In this document: in pieces, positions 1-8,720 of the stretch | How the letters are laid out: each line of letters opens with the position of its first letter | Position numbering within the stretch: the stretch's first letter is position 1 | Source: Candidatus Nealsonbacteria bacterium | GTDB lineage: Bacteria; Patescibacteriota; Minisyncoccia; Minisyncoccales; PWPS01 | Direction: 5' to 3' | Assembly (NCBI GenBank): GCA_003559635.1 | Contig: PWKU01000027.1 | Span: 1 to 53,708, forward strand | DNA length: 53,708 nucleotides | Notes under the pieces: generated by a model | Told to the model about the DNA's origin: nothing | The model's input: the letters and a program-made list of their open reading frames with translations, nothing else | Databases searched by the model: none | Position numbers and translations under genes: made by a program

Positions 1-120
1 AGAGGTAAAGGAAGAAAAGAAAAAAGACAAGAAGAAAGAGGTAAAGGAAGAAAAGAAAAAAGACAAGAAGAAAGAGGTAAAAGAAGAGGAGAAAGAAGAC
101 AAAAAGAAAGAGGTAAAGAA
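1..120 (+). repeat. 36-bp coding tandem repeat, about 3.3 copies
   Basis: AGAGGTAAAGGAAGAAAAGAAAAAAGACAAGAAGAA identical at 1-36 and 37-72, diverged at 73-108. Confidence 0.9.
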
Positions 121-166
121 TAAACAAGAGATAAAAGAAGAGGGAGAAGAAAAGGCTAAAAAATAG
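2..166 (+). CDS. 3' end of a CDS with a K/E-rich repetitive tail; probably ribosomal protein uL15 (partial)
   Basis: Open frame EVKEEKKKDKKK x3 ...EEKAKK, stop TAG 164-166; rplO identity inferred only from its position before secY. Confidence 0.55.
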   Translation, partial: EVKEEKKKDKKKEVKEEKKKDKKKEVKEEEKEDKKKEVKNKQEIKEEGEEKAKK

Positions 167-205
167 GGAGAGTTTCCCTATAAATTTCGATATTTGCTAA
201 AAACC

Positions 206-1486
206 ATGTTTGAGAAATTTATAAAAATATTTCAATTACCAGATTTAAGGAAGAAAATTCTTTTCGTCCTCGGAGCTTTTGCTGTTTTTCGTTTTATGGC
301 AAATATTCCTATGCCGGGATTTGACGCGGATAAAATGCAGGAGCTTTTTAGCCGTTTTCAAATGTTTCAATTTGCGGATCTTTTAGTCGGGGGAACACTC
401 GACCAATTTTCTATTGTGATGCTTGGTTTGGGACCTTACATTACTTCGGTTATTGTTATCCAACTTCTCACGCTCGTTTGGCCCAAGCTTCAAAGGATGT
501 ACAGGGAAGAAGGTGATGCCGGCCGCCAAAAGGTAAACCAGTACGGAAGATTAATGACGGTTCCTTTTGCTATTGTCCAAACCTTCGGGATGCTTACTCT
601 TTTTCAGAACCAAGGGGTCATTCCTCCGCTCGATATCCTGCAAATGGTAAATATTTTAGCGGTTGTTACCGGTGGAACGGTGTTTTTAATGTGGCTGGGA
701 GAGCTTATTACTGAGAGAGGAATAGGAAACGGTGTTTCACTCCTGATTTTTGCGGGAATTATATCTTCTGTCCCCGCCCATATTGGGCAAATGGTTGTGG
801 ATGTTATGTTTAATCCCGACGTGGTTCCCATGTATCTTTTGTTTTTCCTTATCGGGGCTCCGATTATCGCTTCTGTTGTTCATGTTAACGAAGCAAGGAG
901 AAATATACCGGTTTCTTATGCAAGAAGGGTTAGGGGTAGAAAAATGTATGGAGGAGCTTCTACTTATTTACCGCTCAGTCTTAATCCTGCGGGAGTAATT
1001 CCCATTATTTTTGCAATGTCGATGGTTGTTCTTCCGACAATGCTGGTCGGGTTCCTTATTGAAATTGAAGGAGTAGTGGGGAGCATTGCTCAGGCTGTTT
1101 CTGTTTTTCTTGAAACAAACTGGATCTACGGAGGGTTAATATTTATTCTGGTTTGCCTCTTTACTTATTTTTATACAGCGGTAACTTTTGATCCGAAAAA
1201 TATTTCCGAAAATCTACAAAAAATGGGGGGCTTTGTTCCGGGAATAAGACCCGGAAGGCCTACAGCAAATCATATTAATTATATTTTGAACAGAGTGCTT
1301 CTTTTGGGAGCGCTGTTTTTGGCTACTGTGGCTGTATTGCCGATGGCAGTTTCCGCCATTACCGACGTTGAGGCGTTCGGCTTTCTTATTGGTGGTGCAT
1401 CTCTAATAATTATTGTGAGCGTTGTTCTGGAGACTATAAGACAGATAAACGCTCAACTCCAGATGAGGGAGTATGAAACGATATAA
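206..1486 (+). CDS. secY: Preprotein translocase subunit SecY
   Basis: Multi-TM protein with LGLGPYITS, GIGNGVSLLIFAGI, GVIPIIFA and FVPGIRPG motifs; ATG at 206 preferred over TTG 194. Confidence 0.98.
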   Translation: MFEKFIKIFQLPDLRKKILFVLGAFAVFRFMANIPMPGFDADKMQELFSRFQMFQFADLLVGGTLDQFSIVMLGLGPYITSVIVIQLLTLVWPKLQRMYREEGDAGRQKVNQYGRLMTVPFAIVQTFGMLTLFQNQGVIPPLDILQMVNILAVVTGGTVFLMWLGELITERGIGNGVSLLIFAGIISSVPAHIGQMVVDVMFNPDVVPMYLLFFLIGAPIIASVVHVNEARRNIPVSYARRVRGRKMYGGASTYLPLSLNPAGVIPIIFAMSMVVLPTMLVGFLIEIEGVVGSIAQAVSVFLETNWIYGGLIFILVCLFTYFYTAVTFDPKNISENLQKMGGFVPGIRPGRPTANHINYILNRVLLLGALFLATVAVLPMAVSAITDVEAFGFLIGGASLIIIVSVVLETIRQINAQLQMREYETI

Positions 1487-1494
1487 CCGACCAA

Positions 1495-1516
1495 CGGCCA
1501 TAAGATTATATGGCCG
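1495..1516. other. GC-rich hairpin after secY, no U-tract
   Basis: CGGCCATA-agatta-TATGGCCG. Confidence 0.5.
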
Positions 1517-1575
1517 GTAGCGAATACAATGTACTTGTGCTTATAGGTATCAAAAGGTTATAAGTTAAATAAATT

Positions 1576-2280
1576 ATGTCTAACGGTAAACTCGTAATTC
1601 TCTTTGGCTCTCCGGGATCTGGAAAGGGGACTCAAGCCCTTCTTCTGGCCGATAAGAAGAAAATGACTCATTTGGAGGCAAGTAAGATCTTGGAAAAAAA
1701 GTTTATTAAGGCAAAGAGTGAAGATGTTGTTAAGTTGGATGGCACGGAATATAGTCTAAAAGAACAAGAGCGCAGATGGAGAGAGGGTCTTCTCGTCGAA
1801 GACGGTTTTGTCGCCCATGTAATGAAGGAAAGTGTTGAAGCCGCGAGAGAAGATGGGCTAAGTGTTTTGGTTGACGGATATCCAAGAACGGTGGGCCAAG
1901 TGGAGCTTGCCCTTCCTTTTATTCTTTCGCTTTACAAAGTCTCCGATATTCTTGTTATTTATTTAGAAGTGGGAGAAGAAGAGTCCTTCAAAAGGAACAG
2001 CAATAGAAGAGTTTGTTCTTTGATGAGGCATTCTATTATTAATCTTCCAGAGACAAAAGATCTTACAGTATGTCCCGTGGACGGTTCTTCCTTGGAAAAA
2101 AGAACCTTAGATAAGCCGGAAACAATAAAAGTAAGACTGAAGAATTTCCGGAAAAAAACTCTGCCGGTAATTGATTACCTGGAATCTCAAAAAATACAAG
2201 TTTCTCGAATAGACGGAGTCGGTTCAATCAGCGACGTTTTCTTTCGCATTTTAAAAGAAGCAGAAAAATTCGGGATATAA
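1576..2280 (+). CDS. adk: Adenylate kinase, long LID-containing form (divergent)
   Basis: GSPGSGKGTQA P-loop, DGYPRT, LID region RRVCSLMRH...CPVDGSSLEKRTLD. Confidence 0.9.
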   Translation: MSNGKLVILFGSPGSGKGTQALLLADKKKMTHLEASKILEKKFIKAKSEDVVKLDGTEYSLKEQERRWREGLLVEDGFVAHVMKESVEAAREDGLSVLVDGYPRTVGQVELALPFILSLYKVSDILVIYLEVGEEESFKRNSNRRVCSLMRHSIINLPETKDLTVCPVDGSSLEKRTLDKPETIKVRLKNFRKKTLPVIDYLESQKIQVSRIDGVGSISDVFFRILKEAEKFGI

Positions 2281-2285
2281 GTACT

Positions 2286-2864
2286 ATGCAAGAATCTCCA
2301 AATATTTTCTTTCTTGTCGGACGACCCGGCTCTGGCAAAGGAACACAACTTTCTTTCTTAAAAGAGATGACCGGGTTTGATGTTGTAAAGACCGGAGACC
2401 TTCTTCGTGAGAGAGCTGAAAAGAAAGATATTGTGGGAGAAAAAACTAAAGAAGTTTTGTCCGAGGGTAAACTTATTCCGACTCCCATAGTTTTTTCATT
2501 GTGGATGCCACTTATTATTGACCTTCTCGGGAAGAACACAAAAGGATTAATTTTTGACGGAAATCCAAGAAAACTATATGAGGCACATATGCTAGAAGAG
2601 CTTTTTTCAATGCTTGACTTTAAAGAACCGATTGCCCTTTATGTGAGAATAAGTGAAGAAGAAGCATGTGAGAGACTTCTTAAAAGAGGGCGTGAAGACG
2701 ACAGGGAGAAAGATATCAAGGAAAGGTTAAGGTGGTTTAAAGAGGAAGTGATGCCGGTCGTTGACTATTACTCAAAAAAGGACAGGCTCATTGAGGTAAA
2801 CGGGGAGCAATCTCCCGAAGCCGTATGGAGAGAGATAGAGAAAAAAATAAAACATGTCCTATGA
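2286..2864 (+). CDS. adk: Adenylate kinase family protein, short form without LID
   Basis: GRPGSGKGTQ, TGDLLR, DGNPR, RLLKRGREDD. Confidence 0.88.
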   Translation: MQESPNIFFLVGRPGSGKGTQLSFLKEMTGFDVVKTGDLLRERAEKKDIVGEKTKEVLSEGKLIPTPIVFSLWMPLIIDLLGKNTKGLIFDGNPRKLYEAHMLEELFSMLDFKEPIALYVRISEEEACERLLKRGREDDREKDIKERLRWFKEEVMPVVDYYSKKDRLIEVNGEQSPEAVWREIEKKIKHVL

Positions 2865-2981
2865 TTTGCCTAAAATCCGCCTGTCACGGAAAGTTTATTA
2901 TTGTAATACTCAAGCTGATGCCAATAAACCTCAGGATTAAGCTTTTAAAGCGATACAAAGAGGATTAGCTTTTTTATTTAT

Positions 2982-3734
2982 ATGGTACTAAAATCTGAAA
3001 AAGAAATTGCTGTAATGAGAGAGGGAGGAAAAATCCTGTCGGAAATAATGGAAAGGCTGGAGGACAAAGTTTCGCCCGGGGTTACTACGGCTTTTTTAGA
3101 CAGCTATGCCGAGAAAATTATCAAAGAGAAAAAAGGAAAACCTTCCTTTAAGGGGTACAGAAATTTTCCGGCCGCGCTTTGTGCAAGTGTCAATGAAGTG
3201 ATTGTCCACGGAACTCCCTCAGACGATGCTCTAAAAGAAGGAGATATTCTGTCTTTGGATTTAGGATTTTTCTATAAAGGATTTCACACCGACATGGCGG
3301 TAACAATTCCCGTTGGTAAAGTTGATGGAGAAACAAGGCGCCTTATAAGAGAAACAAAAAAGGCTCTTAAAAGGGGCATTAAACAAGTAAAAAAAGGTAG
3401 CACTCTCGGGGATGTGGGTAACACTATTTCAAGACACGTAAAAAGAAGCGGCTTTTTCGTTATAGAAGGGCTTTGTGGTCACGGGATAGGACGGGAGATA
3501 CACGAAGAACCGCAAATTTTGAATGAAGGGAAGAGACACAAGGGAATTCCCATCGAAACAGGGATGGTTTTTTGCATTGAACCAATGCTTTCAGTTGGAG
3601 GGAGAGAAATAAAAGAAGGCAGTGACGGAACGGGTATCCAAACGGCCGACGGTTCTCTTTCTGCACATTTTGAACACACTGTAGCGGTAACAGAAAAAGG
3701 ATGTGTTGTATTGACACAGGGCCGAAAAGAATAA
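2982..3734 (+). CDS. map: Methionine aminopeptidase type I
   Basis: SVNEVIVHG, DLG/DMA, GHGIG..HEEP, IEPM and AHFEHT metal-ligand motifs. Confidence 0.97.
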   Translation: MVLKSEKEIAVMREGGKILSEIMERLEDKVSPGVTTAFLDSYAEKIIKEKKGKPSFKGYRNFPAALCASVNEVIVHGTPSDDALKEGDILSLDLGFFYKGFHTDMAVTIPVGKVDGETRRLIRETKKALKRGIKQVKKGSTLGDVGNTISRHVKRSGFFVIEGLCGHGIGREIHEEPQILNEGKRHKGIPIETGMVFCIEPMLSVGGREIKEGSDGTGIQTADGSLSAHFEHTVAVTEKGCVVLTQGRKE

Positions 3735-3902
3735 TTTTCTTTCGAATTTTCTAAAGTTAATGTCATGCAGGTTTCTTACTGGTAAGTAACAATTGTCGTT
3801 ATTTGCTTTAAAGTATTGAAATCTGATATTTTCTCTTAAACAATGCGACCCAAAAAAGGAGTTATAAAAAAGGGGAGCCACAAAGGGACCCGGCTTGTTC
3901 TT

Positions 3903-3935
3903 AAAAATGTCAAAGGTGTCACCTTTGACATTTTT
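3903..3935. repeat. REP-like perfect palindrome, family A, upstream of RAYT
   Basis: AAAAATGTCAAAGGTG-T-CACCTTTGACATTTTT. Confidence 0.95.
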
Positions 3936-3999
3936 TCTCTATTGATTATCTTTATTAAAAGTCATTTTTTAGTAACGATTTAATTAAACGTAACGCAAG

Positions 4000-4746
4000 A
4001 TGCCCAAGAATCCACAATTTGAAACCGGTGAGATATACCATGTTTTTAACAGAGGTGTAGAAAAGAGAAATATTTACATGGAAGAGAACGATTGCTTCAG
4101 GTTTACTTATTCTCTCTATGAGTGTAATGATAGAAATGCTGTTATAATGCGCGACCGCATAGGACAAAGAATAAAACGCAAAAAACAAAAAAATGTCAAA
4201 GGTGACACCTTTGACATTTTTGGTAAGGAGAGAGAGAGGGAGTTTTTGGTGGAAGTTTTGGCTTTTACCCTTATGCCCAATCATTATCACTTAATCGTAA
4301 GGCAAGTGGTGGATGACGGAATTTCTCTTTTTATGAAAAAGTTGGGAAATGCCTATGTTGGTTATTTTAACGATAAATATAAAAGAAGAGGAATGGGCTC
4401 CCTGTTTCAGGGGCCCTTTAAAGCCGCTCATGTTAAAACTGATGAACAGTTTATTTATCTTGTTTGGTATGTATTTGCAAACCCACTGGATCTTTTTTGT
4501 GAAAGCTGGAAAAAGGAAGGAATAAAGAACACAAAAGAAGCCGTGGAATTTTTAGAAGCGTATAAATGGTCCAGTTACCCGGATTCTATTGGTAAGAAAA
4601 ATTTTCCCTCTGTGACAAACAGAGAAGTGCTGATAAATAATTTTGATAGCGTAAATGACATAAAAAGTTTTGTGGAAGAAAGAATCTTTGAAGAAAGCAA
4701 GCGAGACGCAAGCATCAAGAGAATAAAGGATTTTGTTTTAGAATAA
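4000..4746 (+). mobile_element. REP-associated tyrosine transposase (RAYT/TnpA-REP, Y1 HUH family) CDS
   Basis: YHVFNRG, LMPNHYHL (HUH), LFQGPFK, YVFANP (catalytic Tyr position), YKWSSY; flanked by palindromes. Confidence 0.92.
4189..4221. repeat. Family A palindrome embedded in frame in RAYT (codons 64-74, KNVKGDTFDIF)
   Basis: AAAAATGTCAAAGGTG-A-CACCTTTGACATTTTT. Confidence 0.95.
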
Positions 4747-4775
4747 AATGTCAAAGGTGACACCTTTGACATTTT
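4745..4775. repeat. Family A palindrome overlapping the RAYT stop codon
   Basis: AAAATGTCAAAGGTG-A-CACCTTTGACATTTT; TAA at 4744-4746. Confidence 0.95.
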
Positions 4776-4779
4776 TTGT

Positions 4780-4808
4780 TTGTAAAATGTCTTTTTATTT
4801 TGTATAAT
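4780..4808 (+). promoter_or_regulatory. Sigma70-type promoter for galT-tpiA-alaS
   Basis: TTGTAA-17 bp-TATAAT. Confidence 0.6.
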
Positions 4809-4859
4809 GACGTGCAGATTAAAAACAATGCCGTGTAGATTAAAAATTATTTAAAAAAC

Positions 4860-5897
4860 ATGAGTGAAGAAAAAAAAGATGGACAAGAAAACAACTTCCC
4901 TTCCGAGCTTCGTTATGATATTTCTTCGGGAGACTGGGTGGTAATAGCATCCGGTAGGGCGAAGCGCCCGGAAATGTTTAAGAAGGACAAGAGAGTAAAA
5001 GAAGAGTCTTCCGAAAAAGACTGCCCTTTTTGTGATTTTGATAATTTACAAAACGCAGTGGTTTCTTTTGAAAACGGAGAAAAGCAAGAGACACTTACTG
5101 AAAAGTGGAGTGCGATTTCCATACCTAATAAGTTTCCCGCTTTTCAGCCGGCGGAGAACTTGGAAAAAAGGTATGAAAACAGCTTGTACCAGACAATGAA
5201 TGCTGTTGGTTATCATGAGGTTGTGATTACCCGTGACCACCACAAGTCGCTGGGTCAGTTGCCAAAAGACAAGGTCAGAGAGGCCATGGCTCTTTACAAG
5301 CAAAGGTATCTGGAGTTGAAAGAAAAAAAGCATGTAAACTATGTTTCTATTTTTCACAATCATGGTGTGGAAGCGGGAGCCTCTATTGCTCATCCTCATT
5401 CTCAGATAGTAACTACTCCTCTTATCGATGTTGATTTGAACAAGGCCCTTTCAAAAGGAAGGGCGTACAGTGAAAGCAAGAAAGACTGCATATACTGTAG
5501 AATGAACGACTGGGAAATGAGAAGGAAAGAAAGAATTGTTTATGAAAACGATCTCTTCTTGGCGGTTTGTCCATTTGCTTCTAAGGCCGCTTTCCAAATT
5601 ATTATTTCTCCCAAAAAGCACTTAGCATACTTTGAAAACATAGATGAGAAAGAGCTTGATTATCTTTCAGATGTTTTTAGCGTGGCGCTTTCCAAAATTT
5701 ATAAGGGTCTGAATGATCCTCCCTATAATTTTTATCTTCATTGTGCTCCCTCGGACGGAATGGATCACGGATATTATCATTGGCACTGGACAATTCTTCC
5801 CAAAACCTCCACTTGGGCCGGTTTTGAACTTGGAGCAAGAATGGAGATATCCACTATTAAACCGGAAAAGGCGGCGGAATATTTGAAAGAACAATAG
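4860..5897 (+). CDS. galT: Galactose-1-phosphate uridylyltransferase (GalT-type HIT superfamily)
   Basis: WVVIASGRAKRP, CPFC, NKFPA, GASIAHPHSQ catalytic HPH. Confidence 0.9.
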   Translation: MSEEKKDGQENNFPSELRYDISSGDWVVIASGRAKRPEMFKKDKRVKEESSEKDCPFCDFDNLQNAVVSFENGEKQETLTEKWSAISIPNKFPAFQPAENLEKRYENSLYQTMNAVGYHEVVITRDHHKSLGQLPKDKVREAMALYKQRYLELKEKKHVNYVSIFHNHGVEAGASIAHPHSQIVTTPLIDVDLNKALSKGRAYSESKKDCIYCRMNDWEMRRKERIVYENDLFLAVCPFASKAAFQIIISPKKHLAYFENIDEKELDYLSDVFSVALSKIYKGLNDPPYNFYLHCAPSDGMDHGYYHWHWTILPKTSTWAGFELGARMEISTIKPEKAAEYLKEQ

Positions 5898-6004
5898 GAC
5901 GAAAAGTTTTTAATTTTGTGCCTATGGGATTTGAGTGTTGTTTGGTGTAAGACAGAGGCTTAGGAAAAATTTGGACACAAATTAGCAAATAAAAATAAGA
6001 TTTT

Positions 6005-6721
6005 ATGAGTGGTATTCTTGTTGTTGCCAACTGGAAAATGAATCCGCGAACGGAAAGAGAGGCCAAGGAGATGGCGTCTTATTCTGATGAACGGGGAGTT
6101 GTTGTCTGTCCCCCGTTTGTTTTTTTGGATATGGTGGGGAAAACACTCAAAAAGGCGGAACTGGGAGCACAAAACTGTTTTGGGAGTCCGACAGCTGGCG
6201 GAGGGCCCTTTACGGGGGAAGTGTCTTCTGCAATGCTTAAGGACAGAAACTGTAAATATGTTATTGTCGGACACTCGGAAAGAAGGAAGCCCTGTAATGA
6301 AGATTCTAGCGTTATAAAAGACAAAATAAGAGCTTCCTTGAAAGAAAAAATAGTGCCGATACTATGCGTAATTGAAGAAGAGAAAGAGGATGGAGCTCTG
6401 GAAAGTATAAGAAAACAGTTGCTGGAAATTTTAGAAGAAGAGTTTTTTAAAGAAATTATTATTGCTTACGAGCCGGTGTACGCGATTGGGACGGGAGATT
6501 ATTGCGATATCGAAGAAGCGGAAAAGAAAAAAGTTTTTATAAAAAGTGTTCTCGTTAAGAATTATAAAAAAGCAAAAAATGTACCCATTCTTTACGGGGG
6601 AAGTGTTGATTCCAAAAACGCGAAAGATTATATCAAGAGGGGAGGGTTTGATGGTCTTTTGGTGGGGACGGCCTCTCTTAAGAAAAGTGAGTTTAAAAAG
6701 ATAGTTGAAAGGGTCACGTAA
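6005..6721 (+). CDS. tpiA: Triosephosphate isomerase
   Basis: ANWKMN, GHSERR, AYEPVYAIGTG, YGGSV. Confidence 0.97.
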   Translation: MSGILVVANWKMNPRTEREAKEMASYSDERGVVVCPPFVFLDMVGKTLKKAELGAQNCFGSPTAGGGPFTGEVSSAMLKDRNCKYVIVGHSERRKPCNEDSSVIKDKIRASLKEKIVPILCVIEEEKEDGALESIRKQLLEILEEEFFKEIIIAYEPVYAIGTGDYCDIEEAEKKKVFIKSVLVKNYKKAKNVPILYGGSVDSKNAKDYIKRGGFDGLLVGTASLKKSEFKKIVERVT

Positions 6722-6725
6722 TAAT

Positions 6726-8612
6726 ATGAAGTCAGAAGAACTAAGAAGAAAATTTTTATCATTTTATAGAGAAAGAAATCACTCCATTATTCCTCCATCT
6801 TCTTTGATTCCGGAGGAAGATGCCACACTTCTTTTTGTTAATTCGGGGATGTTTCCTCTTGTTCCATACTTGCTTGGTGAAGACCATCCCGAAGGAAGCA
6901 GAATTGCGGATGTGCAAAAATGTTTCCGCAGCGACGATATAGAAGAAATCGGAGATAAGAGGCACACGACATTTTTTGAGATGCTCGGAAATTGGTCTCT
7001 TGGAGATTATTTTAAGAAAGAACAGATTGAGTGGGTTTTCGAACTTTTTACGGAGGGATATAAAATTGAGGCTGAAAAATTATACGTTACTGTTTATCGG
7101 GGGAATAAAAACATAGGGATTGAGAAAGACAGGGAAGCTGTTGAAATATGGAAGAATGTTTTTAAAGAAAAAGGAATAGAGGCAAAAGATGTTGATTTTG
7201 CTAAAGAGAAGGGCATGCAAGGAGGCCGTATATTCTATTATCCCGATAAAGACAACTGGTGGTCAAGGACTGGCGTTCCTGAGAACATGCCAAATGGTGA
7301 GCCAGGAGGCCCGGACAGTGAAATATTTTATGACTTGGGAGAGAGAGCCGGCCATCATGAAAAATCACCGTGGAAAGATGCTCCGTGCCACGTTAATTGT
7401 GATTGCGGAAGATTTATTGAAATAGGGAACAGTGTTTTTATTCAGTTTGTTAAAACGGAGAAAGGGTTTGAAAAACTTCCAAGGCAAAATGTTGATTTTG
7501 GAGGTGGGCTTGAAAGAATCGCGATGATTGCACAAAAAAAGACAAGCATCTTTGAGACGGACTTATTCCTTCCGATTATTGAAAGAATAGAACAGCTTTC
7601 CCGATGCAAATACCATGACAGACACAAATCTTTCGAGGTTATTGCAGACCACATTAAAGCGGCAGTTTTCATTATTGGGGATGAGAAAGGAGTTGCTCCC
7701 TCAAACAAGCAACAGGGGTATTTTGTCAGAAGATTAATAAGAAGAGCGATAAGGCATGGGAAACAGCTAAACATTGAGGGAGACAAGTGGATTGGGGAGG
7801 TAGCAGGAGAAGTTATAAATATTTATAAAGATATTTATCCGGAAGTGAAAAAAAATGTCCCTTTTATTTTTGAGGAGATGCAGAAAGAGCAGAAAACTTT
7901 TGAAAAAACTCTAGCGAGAGGCCTGAAAGAGTTCGAGAAGCTAAAAAGCGAAAAGATTATTGACGGAAAATCAGTAGCCTTCCTTTACCAAACATATGGC
8001 TTTCCGGTAGAGTTAACCGAAGAAATGGCGGAAGAGAGAGGACAAGAAGTTGATAAGGAAGGATTTAAGGAAGAAATGAAAAAACATCAGGAACTTTCCC
8101 GCGAGCTTTCTGCAGGTGTTTTTAAAAGTGGGCTTGCGGATACCGGTGAAAAAACGGTTAAATTCCATACGGCAACACATCTTTTGCTCTCCGCATTGCG
8201 AAAAGTTCTCGGTGAGAGTGTTTTGCAAAAAGGGAGTAATATAACAAAGGAAAGGTTGCGTTTCGATTTTTCTTACGAAAGAAAGCTTAACCGGGAAGAA
8301 ATCGAGACAGTAGAAAATTTGGTAAATGAGATGATAGAGAAGGATCTGGAAGTGAAGAAAGAAGAAATGGACACTGATAAGGCTTTAAAATCGGGAGTGG
8401 TGGCATCATTTACGGAAAAATATTCATCAAAAGTCTTGGTTTATTCAATAATCGGCAAAGATGGAGAGATTTTTTCCAGAGAAATTTGCAGCGGTCCGCA
8501 TGTTGAAAGAACATCCGTATTGGGAAAATTTTCTATTAAGAAAGAAGAGTCTTCTTCCTCGGGAGTAAGAAGAATAAAAGCGGTGTTAAAAGACGGGGAA
8601 GAGGAAAAATAA
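6726..8612 (+). CDS. alaS: Alanine--tRNA ligase, short form lacking C-Ala domain
   Basis: LLFVNSGM, HTTFFEMLGNWS, DFGGGLER, editing HTATH...CSGPH; ATG 6726. Confidence 0.96.
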   Translation: MKSEELRRKFLSFYRERNHSIIPPSSLIPEEDATLLFVNSGMFPLVPYLLGEDHPEGSRIADVQKCFRSDDIEEIGDKRHTTFFEMLGNWSLGDYFKKEQIEWVFELFTEGYKIEAEKLYVTVYRGNKNIGIEKDREAVEIWKNVFKEKGIEAKDVDFAKEKGMQGGRIFYYPDKDNWWSRTGVPENMPNGEPGGPDSEIFYDLGERAGHHEKSPWKDAPCHVNCDCGRFIEIGNSVFIQFVKTEKGFEKLPRQNVDFGGGLERIAMIAQKKTSIFETDLFLPIIERIEQLSRCKYHDRHKSFEVIADHIKAAVFIIGDEKGVAPSNKQQGYFVRRLIRRAIRHGKQLNIEGDKWIGEVAGEVINIYKDIYPEVKKNVPFIFEEMQKEQKTFEKTLARGLKEFEKLKSEKIIDGKSVAFLYQTYGFPVELTEEMAEERGQEVDKEGFKEEMKKHQELSRELSAGVFKSGLADTGEKTVKFHTATHLLLSALRKVLGESVLQKGSNITKERLRFDFSYERKLNREEIETVENLVNEMIEKDLEVKKEEMDTDKALKSGVVASFTEKYSSKVLVYSIIGKDGEIFSREICSGPHVERTSVLGKFSIKKEESSSSGVRRIKAVLKDGEEEK

Positions 8613-8720
8613 ATTGAATTATCTTTGGGAAGTAGAACCCATCTAAAAATAAACGGTGCTTGATATTTTCGGTGATTAAATATAGAGTGATATTATGTCT
8701 AAATTTTATATTCAAAAAAA

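Noticed and set aside
3955..4290. 111-aa antisense ORF sharing KNVKG.TFDIF with RAYT
   Set aside because: The shared peptide is a trivial consequence of the palindrome; no independent coding evidence.
3903..4775. Three near-identical 31-33 bp repeats as a CRISPR array
   Set aside because: Spacing is about 250 and 520 bp, one copy is inside a CDS, and there are no cas genes; a RAYT-associated palindrome fits better.
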